Positions 12,501-26,129 of a stretch of 64,000 nucleotides of DNA are shown piece after piece. The translations under genes were made by a program, and so were the position numbers. The notes beneath the pieces are model-generated. The model was not told the origin of the DNA, searched no databases, and was given only the letters and a program-made list of their open reading frames with translations. The DNA lies in the NCBI RefSeq assembly GCF_009914755.1, contig NC_060925.1. The stretch is one strand, 5' to 3'. Positions within the stretch are counted from its first letter, which is position 1, and every line of letters starts with the position of its first letter. This DNA is from the human T2T-CHM13v2.0 reference genome, Homo sapiens.

Positions 12501-13989
12501 TGAATTCCTTATCATACTCATATTTCCTTATCATACTCATAAGTTTATGAAACACCTCATTTTTTGATGAAAGTTTTTTTAAATTTATATCTCTCTTACT
12601 CTATAGTTGTAGAATTTGTATCTCTCTTACTTTATAGTTGTAGAATTCGTTTTTAAAACTAAATTTTATTATGCATACTACATAGTCTTTGATCTTTCTT
12701 AAATTCACTTTGGATCCTAATTTATGTCTTGTAAAGATGTAATAAAGTTGCAAGTTATATCTACTTTCTTGTCAGTGTTGAAGGTACTGAAAAGAACAAG
12801 GCAGATGGCAAAACATTATGGTATACTATTCTTTGGACACAGTTGTTGAACCAACTACACACCCATATAACCATACAACAGCTAGCCCTTATGTCTTTCT
12901 CATACAGAGATTTGAAAGAAGAAATCAGTCTCCATAATTAACAGAACCTCATGTCACATATTTAAAAATTTTAAATTTCAACTAACAAAGAGATTGCATG
13001 TTTCACTGTAACATTGTAAAGGAAACATTGTAACCAATATAAAGATTTTCAATATTTTACAAATACTGTGACCACTTTCAGATTTATGTTATTGGTATTC
13101 TTTTTAAATAGCTTTTTTGACATTAGCTGACATAGGACTTAGGGTTTATTTTCTTCTGTCCTCTGAGGAAGAAGGGCTCTCACTTTCCTACCTGAGTATG
13201 ATGGAGTTTTTTTCTCTCTTATCTAAGTGTCATGAGATCCTTTCTAACCATCTGTCCCTAAGGCAATTTTTGAACTATGTCTTATATTGTTCCCTTATAT
13301 GAAAGAGAGTCTGTGGTTTTGACGTGTTAAGAACTAAGATATGGTATTTGTTCACCTTCTGTCTGGTGGTTCTGTCTTTATCTCTTCTTTCATGTAAGCC
13401 TTCAGTAAATGACAAAGTCTTACTTTTTAAAAAATATTGTCCTTAATGCCTTCCCCCAACAATTCTAGACAAAGGGGCCATTTTGACCTCCTTAATGTAA
13501 ACTTAATTTACACATTATAATGATATATATTATATAAATAATGTATAAACATGGTCTTGTTCTGTCAGGTTAATATAAATGTTATTTAAACAGTTTTATT
13601 CTTTCAGGGCATCGGCTCTATTTACAAAACTATTTTCCTGTACTAGTCAGTGTTCTTAGTTAATAGTCAAATTCCCTCTGGATAATTTAAATGGAAGGGG
13701 ATTTATTACAGAGTGTTAGTTGACTGATAGAATTTCTGTGTGTGCATTGAACCAAGGTTGTGTTACACAGAGAGGAGTGATGCAAGTTGAAGAAATGCCC
13801 AAACACATCATGACGCTGTTTCCAAAAAAATGAAGAAATGTTGCTGCTGCCTTTAGCTGTTTGACAGCTGTTCACCAAATCCTCCTCCAGAGGTGCTTTT
13901 GAAAAACTTAAGGCCTCCCTGGCTGTGTTTGTCAGATCTGTGTAGTCCTTGCTTCACAATATTGTCTGTACCATCAAAGTTTCATGAGG

Positions 13990-15140
<1,151 letters not shown>

Positions 15141-15327
15141 CTAATTGTGTTCTAATTTACTCTGCTTCTGGCTAGAAAGTTTATGGTAAAGTTTGTTTGT
15201 TTTTCCTTTACATTTCCAAAGTGTTCTCCATCATGCTTCTTTCCTCAAGTCAGTGAAACTCCACATACATTTTGCTCTAGCAAGTCATAGTGTTTGGCAA
15301 ATGATATGTGATTCATACATATAGAAC

Positions 15328-15535
15328 ACTGGTTTTTCACAGTGACTTCAAATTAGATTCACCTGGAGAGGCGTAAACACCACCCCCCCCGCCCCCCCAA
15401 AATAAAACCAAATAAAACTCACACCTGGGCTCTACTCAAGAGCAATTAAATCAGAAGATCTTTGGATGGTGTCCAGGCATTAATACTTTTTAAAAGCAAC
15501 TTAGGTCATTCTAATATGCAGACAGATTTGAGATA
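15328..15535. mobile_element. MER5A (hAT-Charlie)
   Basis: ttagattcacctggagag...aattaaatcagaa...aggtcattctaatatgcag. Confidence 0.7.
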
Positions 15536-16030
15536 TGCTATATATTATGATAAGGCCTAGAGAGAGCCCTAAAAGTCTCCTATTCTCTACCTTTATCTTT
15601 TATTACTTTTATTGACTTTTTTTTTTTTTTACTATTTTATCTCTTGTGGGTAGAAAGCCCTGCCAATTAATAATAAAACATTTTAAATGCACACACACTT
15701 TAACCGTTATATTTACAATTCTCTATTTAGTGGAGATAATTTTTAAAACAGAGGTACAAAGAAATACAGTTGCCACTCACAAATCCCTCATTCATAAATC
15801 TCCCACTGCAGGCATTTGGACTTATCTCCTTGTATGTCAACACATAGGCAAATAATAGGGATCATAATACATACTTAATTTTTATCCTGCCTTTTGCCCT
15901 TAAAGTTTATTCTAAGAAGTTTTTCAAGTTAGTAAATGCTCTTTAAAAAGAATTTTAAATGCCGCATAATATTCTATTGAATGGCTGAACCAAAATATAT
16001 TTATATTGAAACAGTTCTTGTTATGGAAAG

Positions 16031-16647
16031 TGATAGTTTGGATACTTGACCCCACCTAAATCTCACGTTGAAATGTAATCTCCAATGTTGGAGGTGGGCT
16101 GGGTGGGAAGTGATTGGATATGGGGGTGGATCCCTCATGAATGATTTAGCACTATCCCTTTGGGGCTGCCTTTGTGATAGCTAGTGAATTCTTGTGAGAT
16201 CTGGTTGTTTAAAAGTGTGTGGAAAGGGTGGGAAGACGGTGAGTGATGAAACACTACAAATTGGGTTCAGTGTATACTGCCTAGGTGATGGGTTCACCAA
16301 AAATCTCCCAAATCACAACTAAAGAACTTACTTGTGTAACCAAATACCACCTGTTCCTCAAAAACCTATGGAAATAAAAATTTTTAAAAATGTTCCAAGA
16401 TTAAAAAAAAATTATGTGGCACCTAGCTTGCTTTCTCTCTCTCTGGCTCCTGCTTTCACTTTGCGATGTGCCTGCTCCCCCTTTGCCTTCCACCATGATT
16501 GGAAGCTTCCTGAGGCCTCTCCAGAAGCAGATGCCAGTATGCTTTTTAAATAGTGTGCAGCACAGTGAGCCAATTAAACTTCTTTTCTTTATAAATTACC
16601 CAGTCTCAGGTATTTCTTTATAGCAATGCAAGAATGGCCTAAACACA
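16031..16647 (+). mobile_element. MSTB-like LTR split by an L1PB insertion
   Basis: tgatagtttggata...aaatctcacgttgaaatgtaatc; 3' half ccttccaccatgattggaagcttcctgaggcc...tttatagcaatgcaagaatggcc. Confidence 0.9.
16223..16410 (+). mobile_element. L1PB1-like 3' end
   Basis: ctacaaattgggttcagtgtatactg...gtaaccaaataccacctgttc...ctatggaaataaaaa; TSD aaaagtgtgtgg / aaaattatgtgg. Confidence 0.85.
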
Positions 16648-16849
16648 GAAAATTTCGAAGTAGAGAAAATAGTGGAATTGAACCACCATGTACCCATTAC
16701 AGGGGTCAATCTTTACCATCCTGATTTAATACCTTAATTATGGTTTAGGTCCTCCCTATATGTACTGGGGAGGGGTTACAAGGCTGCTAGTCTTGAATGA
16801 TCTCTTTGATTTGTGCTTACAACCCTTTCCTGTCAAGTGTCACCCAGAA

Positions 16850-17945
16850 AGTTCATGTGTTTTATCACAGGCCAGATTTATTCCATTATATGGATATACC
16901 ACAGTTTGTTTATCCATTCACCTGTTGATGGACTGGTGGTTTCTGGTTTTTAGATATTATGAATAAAGCTCTTGCAACACTCATGTACAAATCTTTGCCT
17001 GGTCATATGCTTTAATTTCTCTTGGGTAAGAAATTAAAAGTAAAAGTAAAATGAAAATGAAATGCTTGGTTCAAATGCTAAGTGTATGTTTAACTTTTTA
17101 AAGAACTACCAAACTGCTTTCCAAAATGGTTGTACCATTTTCTATTGCCCCGAGTAGTGTATGAGAGTTTCAGTCACTTCATATCCTTACCAACACTGGG
17201 TGTGGTCAATCTTTTTAATTTTAACCACTAAAAAGTGAGAGAGTAGTGGTATATTATAGTGGAGAGAGTAGTGGTATATTATGGTGGTTTCGACTTGCAT
17301 TTCCCTAATAACTAATGAGGTTGAGCTTCATTTTATGTGCTTATTTGCTGTCTATCTATAACAATCAGTTTGGGCTGCTATAACAAAGCATTATAGGCTG
17401 GGCAGTTTATGCGCAACAGAATTGATTTGTCACACTTTGGAGGCTGGAAGTTCAAGAACGGAGTGCCAGCATGGTTGGGCTCTTGGTGAGGGCACCCTTC
17501 CTGGTTTACAGACAACCATCTTTTTGTTGTATCCTAACATGGAAGAAAAAGGAGTGTTAGTGTTTCCTGGGGTCTCTTTTATAAGGGTACAAATTCCATT
17601 CATGAAGATTCCATGCTTGTGACATAATTGTCTTCCAAAAGTTCTACCTCCCAATACCATCCTATTGGTGGTTAGGATTTCAAAATATAAATTTGGGAGA
17701 AACAGAAACATTCGTTCCATGATGCCAGCTATATATTAGCTTTGTTGAAGTGCTTGTTCAAATTTTTTGCTCATTTTTTCTATTTTTTCCTCATTGTTAA
17801 ATTTTGAAAGGTAAAAAAGTATATATTTTAGATTCAAATTTTTTATCATATATATATTTTGCAAATATTGTCACATAGTCTGTGGCTTGTTTTATTTTAA
17901 TAGTGTATTTTGAAGAGCAGAAGATTCAAATTTTGATGAAGTCCT
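16850..17945 (-). mobile_element. L1MB/MC-type fragment interrupted by MLT1A
   Basis: ccacagtttgtttatccattcacctgttgatggac...ttccaaaatggttgtaccattt. Confidence 0.85.
17361..17724 (-). mobile_element. MLT1A0-like LTR
   Basis: cagtttgggctgctataacaaag...ggaggctggaagttcaaga...tggtgagggc. Confidence 0.85.
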
Positions 17946-18291
17946 GATGGATTTTGATAATACTGAATAATTTCTATAAGACTTGATTTAGAGTTTGTTA
18001 TGAATCAGCTCTAAAAGCTATTGTAATTAATTGATAATGTTACATTTTTCTTTGTGAGAAAACTGTAATTTTAGTAGTGTTGAATTTTTTCCTTGGAAAA
18101 ATGTCTTAACCAAAATAAATTAAAATCACACTTTCTTATTTGATTAGATGTCAAAAAGGAGGTAATACTCGAGAGATAGTTTCCTGGAACTCTTCTTCCA
18201 TCCTAAAATGAGAAAGCACAATCCCATTCACTGGATTTTTCCTTTTTCTTGAGTATGAACTAATGGTGTGTCCTTGCTTTGTTTCTAATAG

Positions 18292-18367
18292 GATACTTGC
18301 CCCATGGTCTTGACAGCCTATGGAGTCATGAATAAGAATATTTTGAATCTGTTCTTTCAATGTTTTT
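18292..18367 (+). pseudogene. Candidate relic exon, phase 0 to 1, DTCPMVLTAYGVMNKNILNLFFQCF
   Basis: Branch-like aactaat, tccttgctttgtttctaatag| ... TTT|gtaagt; 76 nt, open. Confidence 0.55.
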
Positions 18368-18819
18368 GTAAGTGGGGAAATTGATGCTTCTCCATGATTT
18401 CCTGTTCTGTTCATTAGCATAGCTTGGCCAATGTTCCCCTGTTATAGTCAGGATTATGTTCAGGATGATATTCTCTATTATGCCCTCTGGCCCCTACATG
18501 TAATGGTACTAAAGATGGTGATGCTAATAATGAAGAGAGATGGACTTGTAGCATAAAGACCTATTTCTTTAATTTAAACATTTTTGGAGGTGCACATTTA
18601 TGAATAATTCCCAAGGACATTTTTTTAGAGGAAGAAGGGATTTTTCCTTATTCCTAATTCACCAGCCAGATTAATTGATTCCCTTGTTTCTAATAGATAT
18701 CTGATATTTTTACCTTCAAAGCAGTCTTGTTTCTCCTAACAGTAGTTTTATTTCTCTTTTGGGAACCTACTGCCTCTTTTTAATTCTTAGTTCATATGTT
18801 TTAGATGGCTATGACTTCT

Positions 18820-19240
18820 GGTTCTAGGTGAGAACATATCGCCCAAAGTGTGGCTTGTCATAGTATTGCATCCCCTTGGCCACGATGCTTGGCTCAAGCG
18901 TGGGCATCTTATTACTGTGACCATTGGAAGCTGTTTCAATGGAATTTACTAAAAGCATCTGAAAGAGGTCCCTAGAGCATGCTAAATGGGTAGAATAAGG
19001 TCTGGGGTTACTGGGGGCCATTTTGCTACTGCATGGGAAGGGTGTTCCTGAGAATGAAACCAACACGGTAGAGATAAGAGGTGATAAGAGACAGTGTATT
19101 CTGATAACACATTTTGAGACTGGACATTGCCATTCTATTAAACAAGTTTAAATTTTTAAATTCAATAAATTCTCTTTTTTACTTAAACTGGTTTTAGTGG
19201 ATTTTTTGTCACTTTAAATTAAATAATTCCAACAGAAACA
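18820..19240 (+). mobile_element. Old MLT1 (J/K-like) LTR
   Basis: ccccttggccac...ggggccattttgc...ctgagaatgaaaccaacac...ttttgtcactt. Confidence 0.6.
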
Positions 19241-19438
19241 ATGTTCAAGTAAAATTAAACCCATTGTATTTTTGTTCTTAAAATCTGTGATTTACTTCCA
19301 CAGAAAATATTTGTAAGTTCTATTTATAGAATTTATAAATCAGGGGGTGGTTATTATTTAGAATCTAAACATAACTCTAAATGAATTCAGCTATTTATGT
19401 TTTTTCCTTTGACTAGTTTTTTTTTTTTTTTTGCACAG

Positions 19439-19518
19439 GAAATATGTATGGGGGAATTAATGCTTTTGATCAGGATAAATTACAGGACATGTTGAAGCAT
19501 AGTCTGGATTCTCCCTTG
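19439..19518 (+). pseudogene. Candidate relic exon, phase 1 to 0, NMYGGINAFDQDKLQDMLKHSLDSPL
   Basis: Long T tract + gcacag| ... TTG|gtagaa (weak donor); 80 nt, open; same frame as ORF 19444..19635. Confidence 0.5.
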
Positions 19519-19599
19519 GTAGAATTCAGCTGGGAACTACCTGTGGTTCTCTGCACTGATTATCTTGTTCCTTGCCTTTGTGCTACACTCATGTTGTCT

Positions 19600-19900
19600 C
19601 TTTCTTTCAGTTCTCTTTACTTGCTTTACTCCTAAACACATTTTAATATACATTTCAAACATTGTCTCTTTCAAGAAGCTTCCCTTGACCTCTGCAGACT
19701 GTCAAGTGTCCTTCTTCAGTTCGCCTTTGATACCTTCTGCTCTGTGTTAGTTTCACATCTTATGTCTGTATACTTTAAATGATTAGCTCGCTGAGTAAAA
19801 TGTGTCTTATTCATCTGCATCCCTTGTGTCTGGAGCCATTCCTAGTTAAGAGCAGATGCTTAGTAATGGTACTCTCAGAAAGCAAATTAAAACAAAACAA
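19600..19900 (+). mobile_element. L2 3' fragment
   Basis: tcaagaagcttcccttgacc...tgtgtcttattcatctgcatccc. Confidence 0.5.
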
Positions 19901-20049
19901 AATAACAAGAACGAATAAAAATAACTGGATCCAACTTCTGGATAGTGGGATTCATCTAGATCTGGCTAATTATCACAGTCACCTGGGGATATTTTTAAAG
20001 AGAAACATTATACGGTGGATACCTAGAGATTCTGACTTAGTGGATGAAT

Positions 20050-20135
20050 AATATTAGCCTGCTAGGGCTGCCATAACAAAGTACCAGGGTCTGGATGGCT
20101 TAAACAACAGGAATATATTTTCTCAATTCTGGAGC
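20050..20135 (-). mobile_element. MLT1 end fragment, preceded by a MER5-like piece at about 19960-20045
   Basis: tattagcctgctagggctgccataacaaagtacca...ggcttaaacaacag. Confidence 0.7.
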
Positions 20136-20684
20136 TTTTTAAGTTATAGAACAGAAGAGTCTGCATATGCAATTCCTGTATGTGCTTTTTGAGATTATCA
20201 AATGCTCACCATGTGACATGTATTTGAAGAGCTTATTTTTTAAATCGCCATTTATTTGCTTTGTCATTTCAGAGTGATGCATGAGGTTGAGTAGTTTTAA
20301 GTACCACCTATGAAGCAAGCCCAGCTATTCATGGAAAAGGGGACCTTGTGTCCTTCACCAACATAGCTGGAACCATTATCCTCTCACATATGCTTTATTT
20401 GAGAGGTTGTTTTTTATTCATGAAGTCCAAAAAATGTTTGCCTCCTCCATTGCTTATTCAAAGCCATTGAATATTATAATTTCTGTCCATTAATCAGCAT
20501 TACACCTACATGCAAGCTGTATGAACAATGGAAAAGAGTAATGAGGCATGATGTTTACCCTGATGCTTTTGGTGGGAATATTTGCTCATCTTTAGAAGAA
20601 ATGAGCTGAAACCTACAGCAGTCTCCCAAGGAGCACCTATTATGCATTCCACTGAATTTCCTTTTTACTTTTCTTCTCCCCCAG

Positions 20685-20732
20685 GAGAGACAGTTTCCCC
20701 CACCCCTTTGGTCAATCAAGTATGGCACAAGG
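20685..20732 (+). pseudogene. Candidate relic exon, phase 0 to 0, ERQFPPPLWSIKYGTR (alternative donor gtaaga at 20791)
   Basis: Very strong acceptor ttcctttttacttttcttctcccccag|, donor AGG|gtaatg; open. Confidence 0.45.
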
Positions 20733-21589
20733 GTAATGACAACTCTAATAGATGCTGTAAACCAGTACTTTTAATGCACAATATAATTGAGTAAGAATAT
20801 AGTGTCTATACTGATGGAGTCCCTGGTGCTTTAACAGCTGAAATTATGATTAGAAAGATTCAGATAATGCTGACTTCTATTACATTAAACCACAGTATTA
20901 TACAATTTCCCTTGCCGCAGCATATCCATTCTTTTCTTTTGAATTATGCAGTGTTGTCTTAAATGGTTTAATATTACTTTGGAATAGAATTCAAAAAACT
21001 CCTGAGAGAATTTAACATTTTTGGTAAAACGGATGCAAGCTCAATTTTCAGTGATAGTTTTCAGCAGACAATTTCTTTCTGTAGCTTTCATAGGAAAGAG
21101 CTTTTTTAAAGAGCACCCTACAGCAAACATTTCTAGCTAGCTGAATGGGATGGTGTGGGGAGCAGTCCATGTTTTGTACATGGGAAGATCATTACCCTAA
21201 TTGCTGTGAGGTATTTAGAAACTGTATTTGCACCTTTCACATTGTCAAGGGTGCAAGGTGAAAAAGAAAACAGTTTATGGATGGTAGTGAGGGGTAGGAG
21301 GTACTCTTATAATAATGAATGCTTCATAACTCAGACCTAGTGAGGTGTGAGTGAAATATGTTGTTTTCTTCCTTTGTGAATAAAGATCATCAATTACTGC
21401 TGTGGACTAAGACACCTTTATTTGTGATCTAAAGCCATGCAATGTAATACTCTTAAACTATTGGTTTCACCTTCCCTTTACTGGGTTATTTATCATTTTC
21501 TTTAAAGGTTATGCCCTATAATTCTATGTATAATAAATAATAAAAATGATTTTGTGTTGATGCTAGTAATATTATTACTAATAGTATTG

Positions 21590-21770
21590 AGTTATCATTT
21601 ACTGAGTAGCTCTTTGTGAAGCATTTTACACAAATTAAATTCAACTATCACACAATGAAGTTGAAGAAGTTTAAGAAACTTGCTAAATGAACAGTGGCCA
21701 GCAAGTGACAGAAGCAGGATTTGAACTCTGATATTTTCCAAAGCCGCTGCACATTATAATATCTTTACTG
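21590..21770 (-). mobile_element. MIR fragment
   Basis: tttactgagt...gcaagtgacagaagcaggatttgaactc. Confidence 0.6.
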
Positions 21771-22641
21771 AATCTCTAGGAGAGAACCATCTATTTTAGT
21801 GAAAAACAAAGATAATAACCAATGAATTCTGGAATAATTGAGTTGTTTACTCTGATTTCTTAAATGAAAGCATCAAGTATATTGGAAATACAAGGACTTC
21901 CTGGTGCTCCAGGTCTCCTACCATGTAAACAGAGTAATCTCTATCTGGACACTGAAAAAATATTACTGTTTAATTAGAAAACAGTTTATGTTAAATTAAA
22001 CATGATGGACAGAATCTCTGAAGTCAGCTAACACAAGGTGCCACACAGAGTCATATATGTAAGCTGTTATGAAATTTTAAAAGACAAAAAAATGTAAAGA
22101 AAAATATAACAATAAAAACAGATGATATTGACCCCCTGACTTTGTGCCAGGCATTGTTCTAAATGCCTAGTATATTTTAACGAATGAATTGAAACTATAA
22201 GTAAGAAAGGTGAAGGGAAAATTGGTTACAGACTTTTGTGACCCAAGCCTTGCTGTACAGAGCAAGGAAACCAGTTCTTTGCTTCTGGGATTGTTAGGGA
22301 TGTGAGCTTTACTTGCTATGTCCAGTTTCATTGATTAGTTGCACATAATTATCCCTCTGGATGGTTGTTATTGGTTTATGTGTCTACGTTGTCCACTATT
22401 CTGTGAGAAGATCTTGTCATATTCACTTATATTTTTGTAGAATCTCATCCACTCATTTCCATCTCAGCACAATTTCATTAAATAAATGAATGAAGAATGA
22501 GTCTGAATAGTGAGGAGAAGGAATAAGGAAGCAAGTAAGGTTTGAATGCAAGTCCAAAAGGACTAATTTCAGCGAAGGAACTGGTGGAAAAGAGTGCAAT
22601 TTTGTTAATTTCATGTAGTTAATTTGGGGTTGTATAACCAA

Positions 22642-23300
22642 TGTATTGGTCAGAGTTCAGTTAGGAGATAGAAATCATACCAGATATTTTTGCAAAGAAT
22701 TGAATATTTAAAAATTGTTGACTAGATATTGGAAAACTGAAAAGACCAAAAGTGTCTTGCTAAAGCAACATGGCAGGAAGCAAGTGCAGAAGATAGCTAT
22801 CTCTCAGACCATGTTCATTGTTTTAAAAGAGAGAATTTTATATAAAGAGTAGTTAATTAGGTTTTGAAGAATCAAAAAGTCAAACATGGAACACTAAAGT
22901 ACCACAGAGATAGTAGATACAGGTAACAGTTAGAAGAGCAGAGGAAGCAGTTGGAATTATGAAAACTTAGATGGTTGGAAGAGAGGCCTCCTGGAGCTGA
23001 AACTCAGTCCTTTGATGAGGGCCTGCCTATGATGATGGATATGTGAGTGCTGAAAGAACTCCCAAATAGAATTGACTGCTGAAGCTGGAATGCGCTGTAG
23101 TGCACTGCTGCTGCTGGGTAAAAACGGAGGCTGAACAAGAACTGGAGGGAAAAACAGGAAGCATGAAGCAAGCAGGAAGGAGCAAATCCTTTCCTCTCTT
23201 TCCAACCTTGCAGCCTCCATCTACTGGGAGTATCTAACAGGTAGTCAGCTGGCAAAGCAGAAATTATTTGCAGAATCACAAACCAGCATTCCAAAGTTCA
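22642..23300 (-). mobile_element. Old ERVL-class LTR, subfamily uncertain
   Basis: tgtattggtcagagttcagttaggagatagaaa; cagctggcaaagcagaaat near the other end. Confidence 0.55.
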
Positions 23301-23419
23301 GAATCAAAATTCAGGATCTTTTATACAATATTATTTGGGTATTTGTGATGGAATTCTATTTTTCCATGTGTCATCAATTAGAGAAGTCATCTCTCCTTCA
23401 TTTTCCATCTTAGAGTTCA

Positions 23420-23871
23420 CTTGGAGTTTATCTTAGCACCCACTTCCTGGAGTGGACCTGTGCCCAGGGCTGACCAACCAGAATACTCCATGTGTCTGCT
23501 ACAGGGGGCCAGGCTATCATCATTTCTGGGATATTTTCTAAGCATCATGTGAAAGAGGCACTCTTTTGCCTGGAATCATTACTTGCAGAGATAAACAAAA
23601 CCTAGAACTGTCAATGGTCATCTTTGCCACTTCATGCGGAAAAGAAGCTGACATCTAGGAAAGCAGTACTGTGACAAGGAGAGAAAATGACAGAATTATT
23701 ATGCATTTTCCAAGCTTCTCTATCAAGGCATTTCTGAAAGGAATCCCGTTTCTGAATTTTCCACTTGGAAAATCCATAAACAATTCTTCCCACTCACACA
23801 GTGACTCGGTCACCACCATTTTTTTTTTGTTTGAGTTTCTGTCACTTGCCACCCAAGGTCCTGCCAATATA
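23420..23871 (+). mobile_element. Old MLT1 (K/L-like) LTR
   Basis: 3' end gtttgagtttctgtcacttgccacccaagg...aatata. Confidence 0.55.
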
Positions 23872-24054
23872 GTACTTAGGTATCTAAGGGGACAGTGGTT
23901 TAAACTATTTGCTAGAAATGTATACCTTGGTTGAATCTTTATGTGAATACACAGATTGTAAAAAATATATATTTTTTACAATAAAATTTTACTTTTTATT
24001 GTATTTATTGTATTTATTTATTGTAAAAAATTATTATTTTTTTACAATAGAAAA

Positions 24055-24361
24055 GACTGGGCATGGTGGCTCATGCCTGTAATCCCAGCACTTTGGGAGG
24101 CCAACCAAGCTGGGTGTATCACCTGAGGTCGGGAGTTTGAGACCAGCCTGACCAACATGGAAAAACCTCGTCCTTACTAAAAATACAAAATTAGCTGGGC
24201 ATGGTGGGGCATGCCTGTAACCGCAGCTACTCAGGAGGCTGAGGCAGAAGAATCACTTGAACCCAGGCGGCGGAGGTTGTTGTGAGCCGAGATTGCGCCA
24301 CTGCACTCCAGCCTGGTCAACAAGAGTGAAACTCTGTCTCAAAATATATATATATATATAT
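24055..24361 (+). mobile_element. AluSp with (AT)n tail
   Basis: gaggtcgggag...cctgaccaacatgga diagnostics; tail converted to (AT)n. Confidence 0.93.
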
Positions 24362-24364
24362 TTT

Positions 24365-24692
24365 TTATTAGGAAAATTTGGACACTACCTTGATATTTGA
24401 TGCTGTAAAAAATGATTTATTGTTAATTATTTAAGCATAATAATGGTGGTATGGTTATTTTTTTAAAAAAGAAGATACAATCTAAGTATTTAAGGATGAA
24501 AAGACATGATGTCTGGGACTTGCTTCAAAATAATCCAATAAACAAGGTAGATAAGTGGGTAATTTAGATAAAAAGAATTGGTCATGAATTGCTTGCTATT
24601 TTCTCAAACTGGTTGATGGATTTATGGGGGTTGATTATATGATTATTTTGCATATGCTGAACTTTTCCAAAATAAGACAGTAAATTAAAAAT
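24365..24692 (+). mobile_element. L1ME-type 3' end
   Basis: atgatgtctgggacttgcttcaaaataatcca. Confidence 0.7.
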
Positions 24693-25036
24693 GAATAATT
24701 GTTATAAGCACTCTCTTAGAAAACTTGTGATCCGTGATCATTACAAGAATATAGATAATTCCAAGGTGCCCTCTTTATCAACCCTATGCAGATTCTTTAA
24801 GGAAAGGAACAATGTTTTACTTGTCTTTGTTTCTCTAGTGATTTGTAGATCTGTGCATAGCTCATAGTAAGTATTCAAAACTTTTTATGAAGATAATAAA
24901 CTTGCTATGTTGGAAATAAAATAATTAAAATTACACAAGTAGGTAGCAGAGGAGGAGGGTACAGAAGCTAAATATACAAATACATGGTTTTCCCACCATA
25001 TCATTTGATAATACAAAATATGATAATGGATTAGAG

Positions 25037-25644
25037 TGTAGTAAAGAAGTAACCTTACCCAAATAGAGGTCTGGCCTTTGCCCTCAGCTCCTGGGAGGTA
25101 ACCTTTAAGCCTTTGGAATATTCTGCCTTATAAGGTTGTCTTTGTTTACCTAGAAACCTTGGGCCATGCCAAATAGTCTATGCTAACAATATAATATATG
25201 ATGGGAACTTTGGGTGACACACATTATCTTGACCTCTAGAGGACTTAGAAACTTAGGTCAGCCAAGTGGACAGGCAACAATGTCTACACAGCCAAACCTC
25301 ACTAAAAACGCTGGACCCCAAGGCTAGGTGAGCTTCCCTTGTGGACAATACTCCATGTGTATTGTCAGACATCACTGGTGGGAGAATTTAGTACTGTCCA
25401 TAACTGCACTGGAAGAGGAAAACTGGAAGCTTCATGCTTGGAGATGCCCTGGACTCTACTTCATAGGCCTCTTCCTGCAGCTGATTTTAATCCATATCCT
25501 TTCACTATAATAAACAATAACTGTGGGTATAATAGCTGTAAGTGAATTCTGTAAGTTCTTCTAGTGAATTCTTAAATCTGAGATTTAGAGAATTTAAATT
25601 TCTAAATTTAAATGTAGGTGGTTTAGGAGACTCTTAAACTGGCA
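25037..25644 (+). mobile_element. MER77-like ERVL LTR
   Basis: tgtagtaaagaagtaaccttacccaaatagaggtctggcctttgccctc; related MER21/77-type sequence continues at about 25820-25940. Confidence 0.75.
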
Positions 25645-26129
25645 AGAGTCTTTGCAAGGAGAGAATTTCTCACCTTTTACAACTCATCTATTCATGTAGA
25701 AATAAGAATTTCCTCAGTCTCTCTTGCAACTAAAGTAGAGGCGTATGGCCAAAGGCTGATTTACCCTGAGATTAATGAATTTCACAATTTCACAGGCCCT
25801 GGAAAAGGCCTTGGTTGTGGTGGAGGGTGTACACTGGAAAACTGCTTAATGTGGGGAGGAAAAAAACCCATGTATCTAGTGTGAGAAATGTTCTGTGTTG
25901 AGTGTGAGTCTAGGAAACACAGTTTGATTTTTCCTGTCTCTTATAGTCATAATTGGAATAATGTAATCTGTAGGCAAAGTTGGAGGTGGCTACTTGATTA
26001 TAGGATCATTAAGATTGAAATAGATAACCAATTAAAGTCTTATCTAGAAAACCAAAACCAACCAAAAAAAAAAAAAGAAAGAAAGAAAGATTCTAGGTCT
26101 GGTAAAAAAAGAAAAAAAAAAAGGCTTGG

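Noticed and set aside
15380-15398. C-rich tract as a G-quadruplex regulatory element
   Set aside because: A short homopolymer expansion inside MER5A without four distinct G runs; no supporting context.
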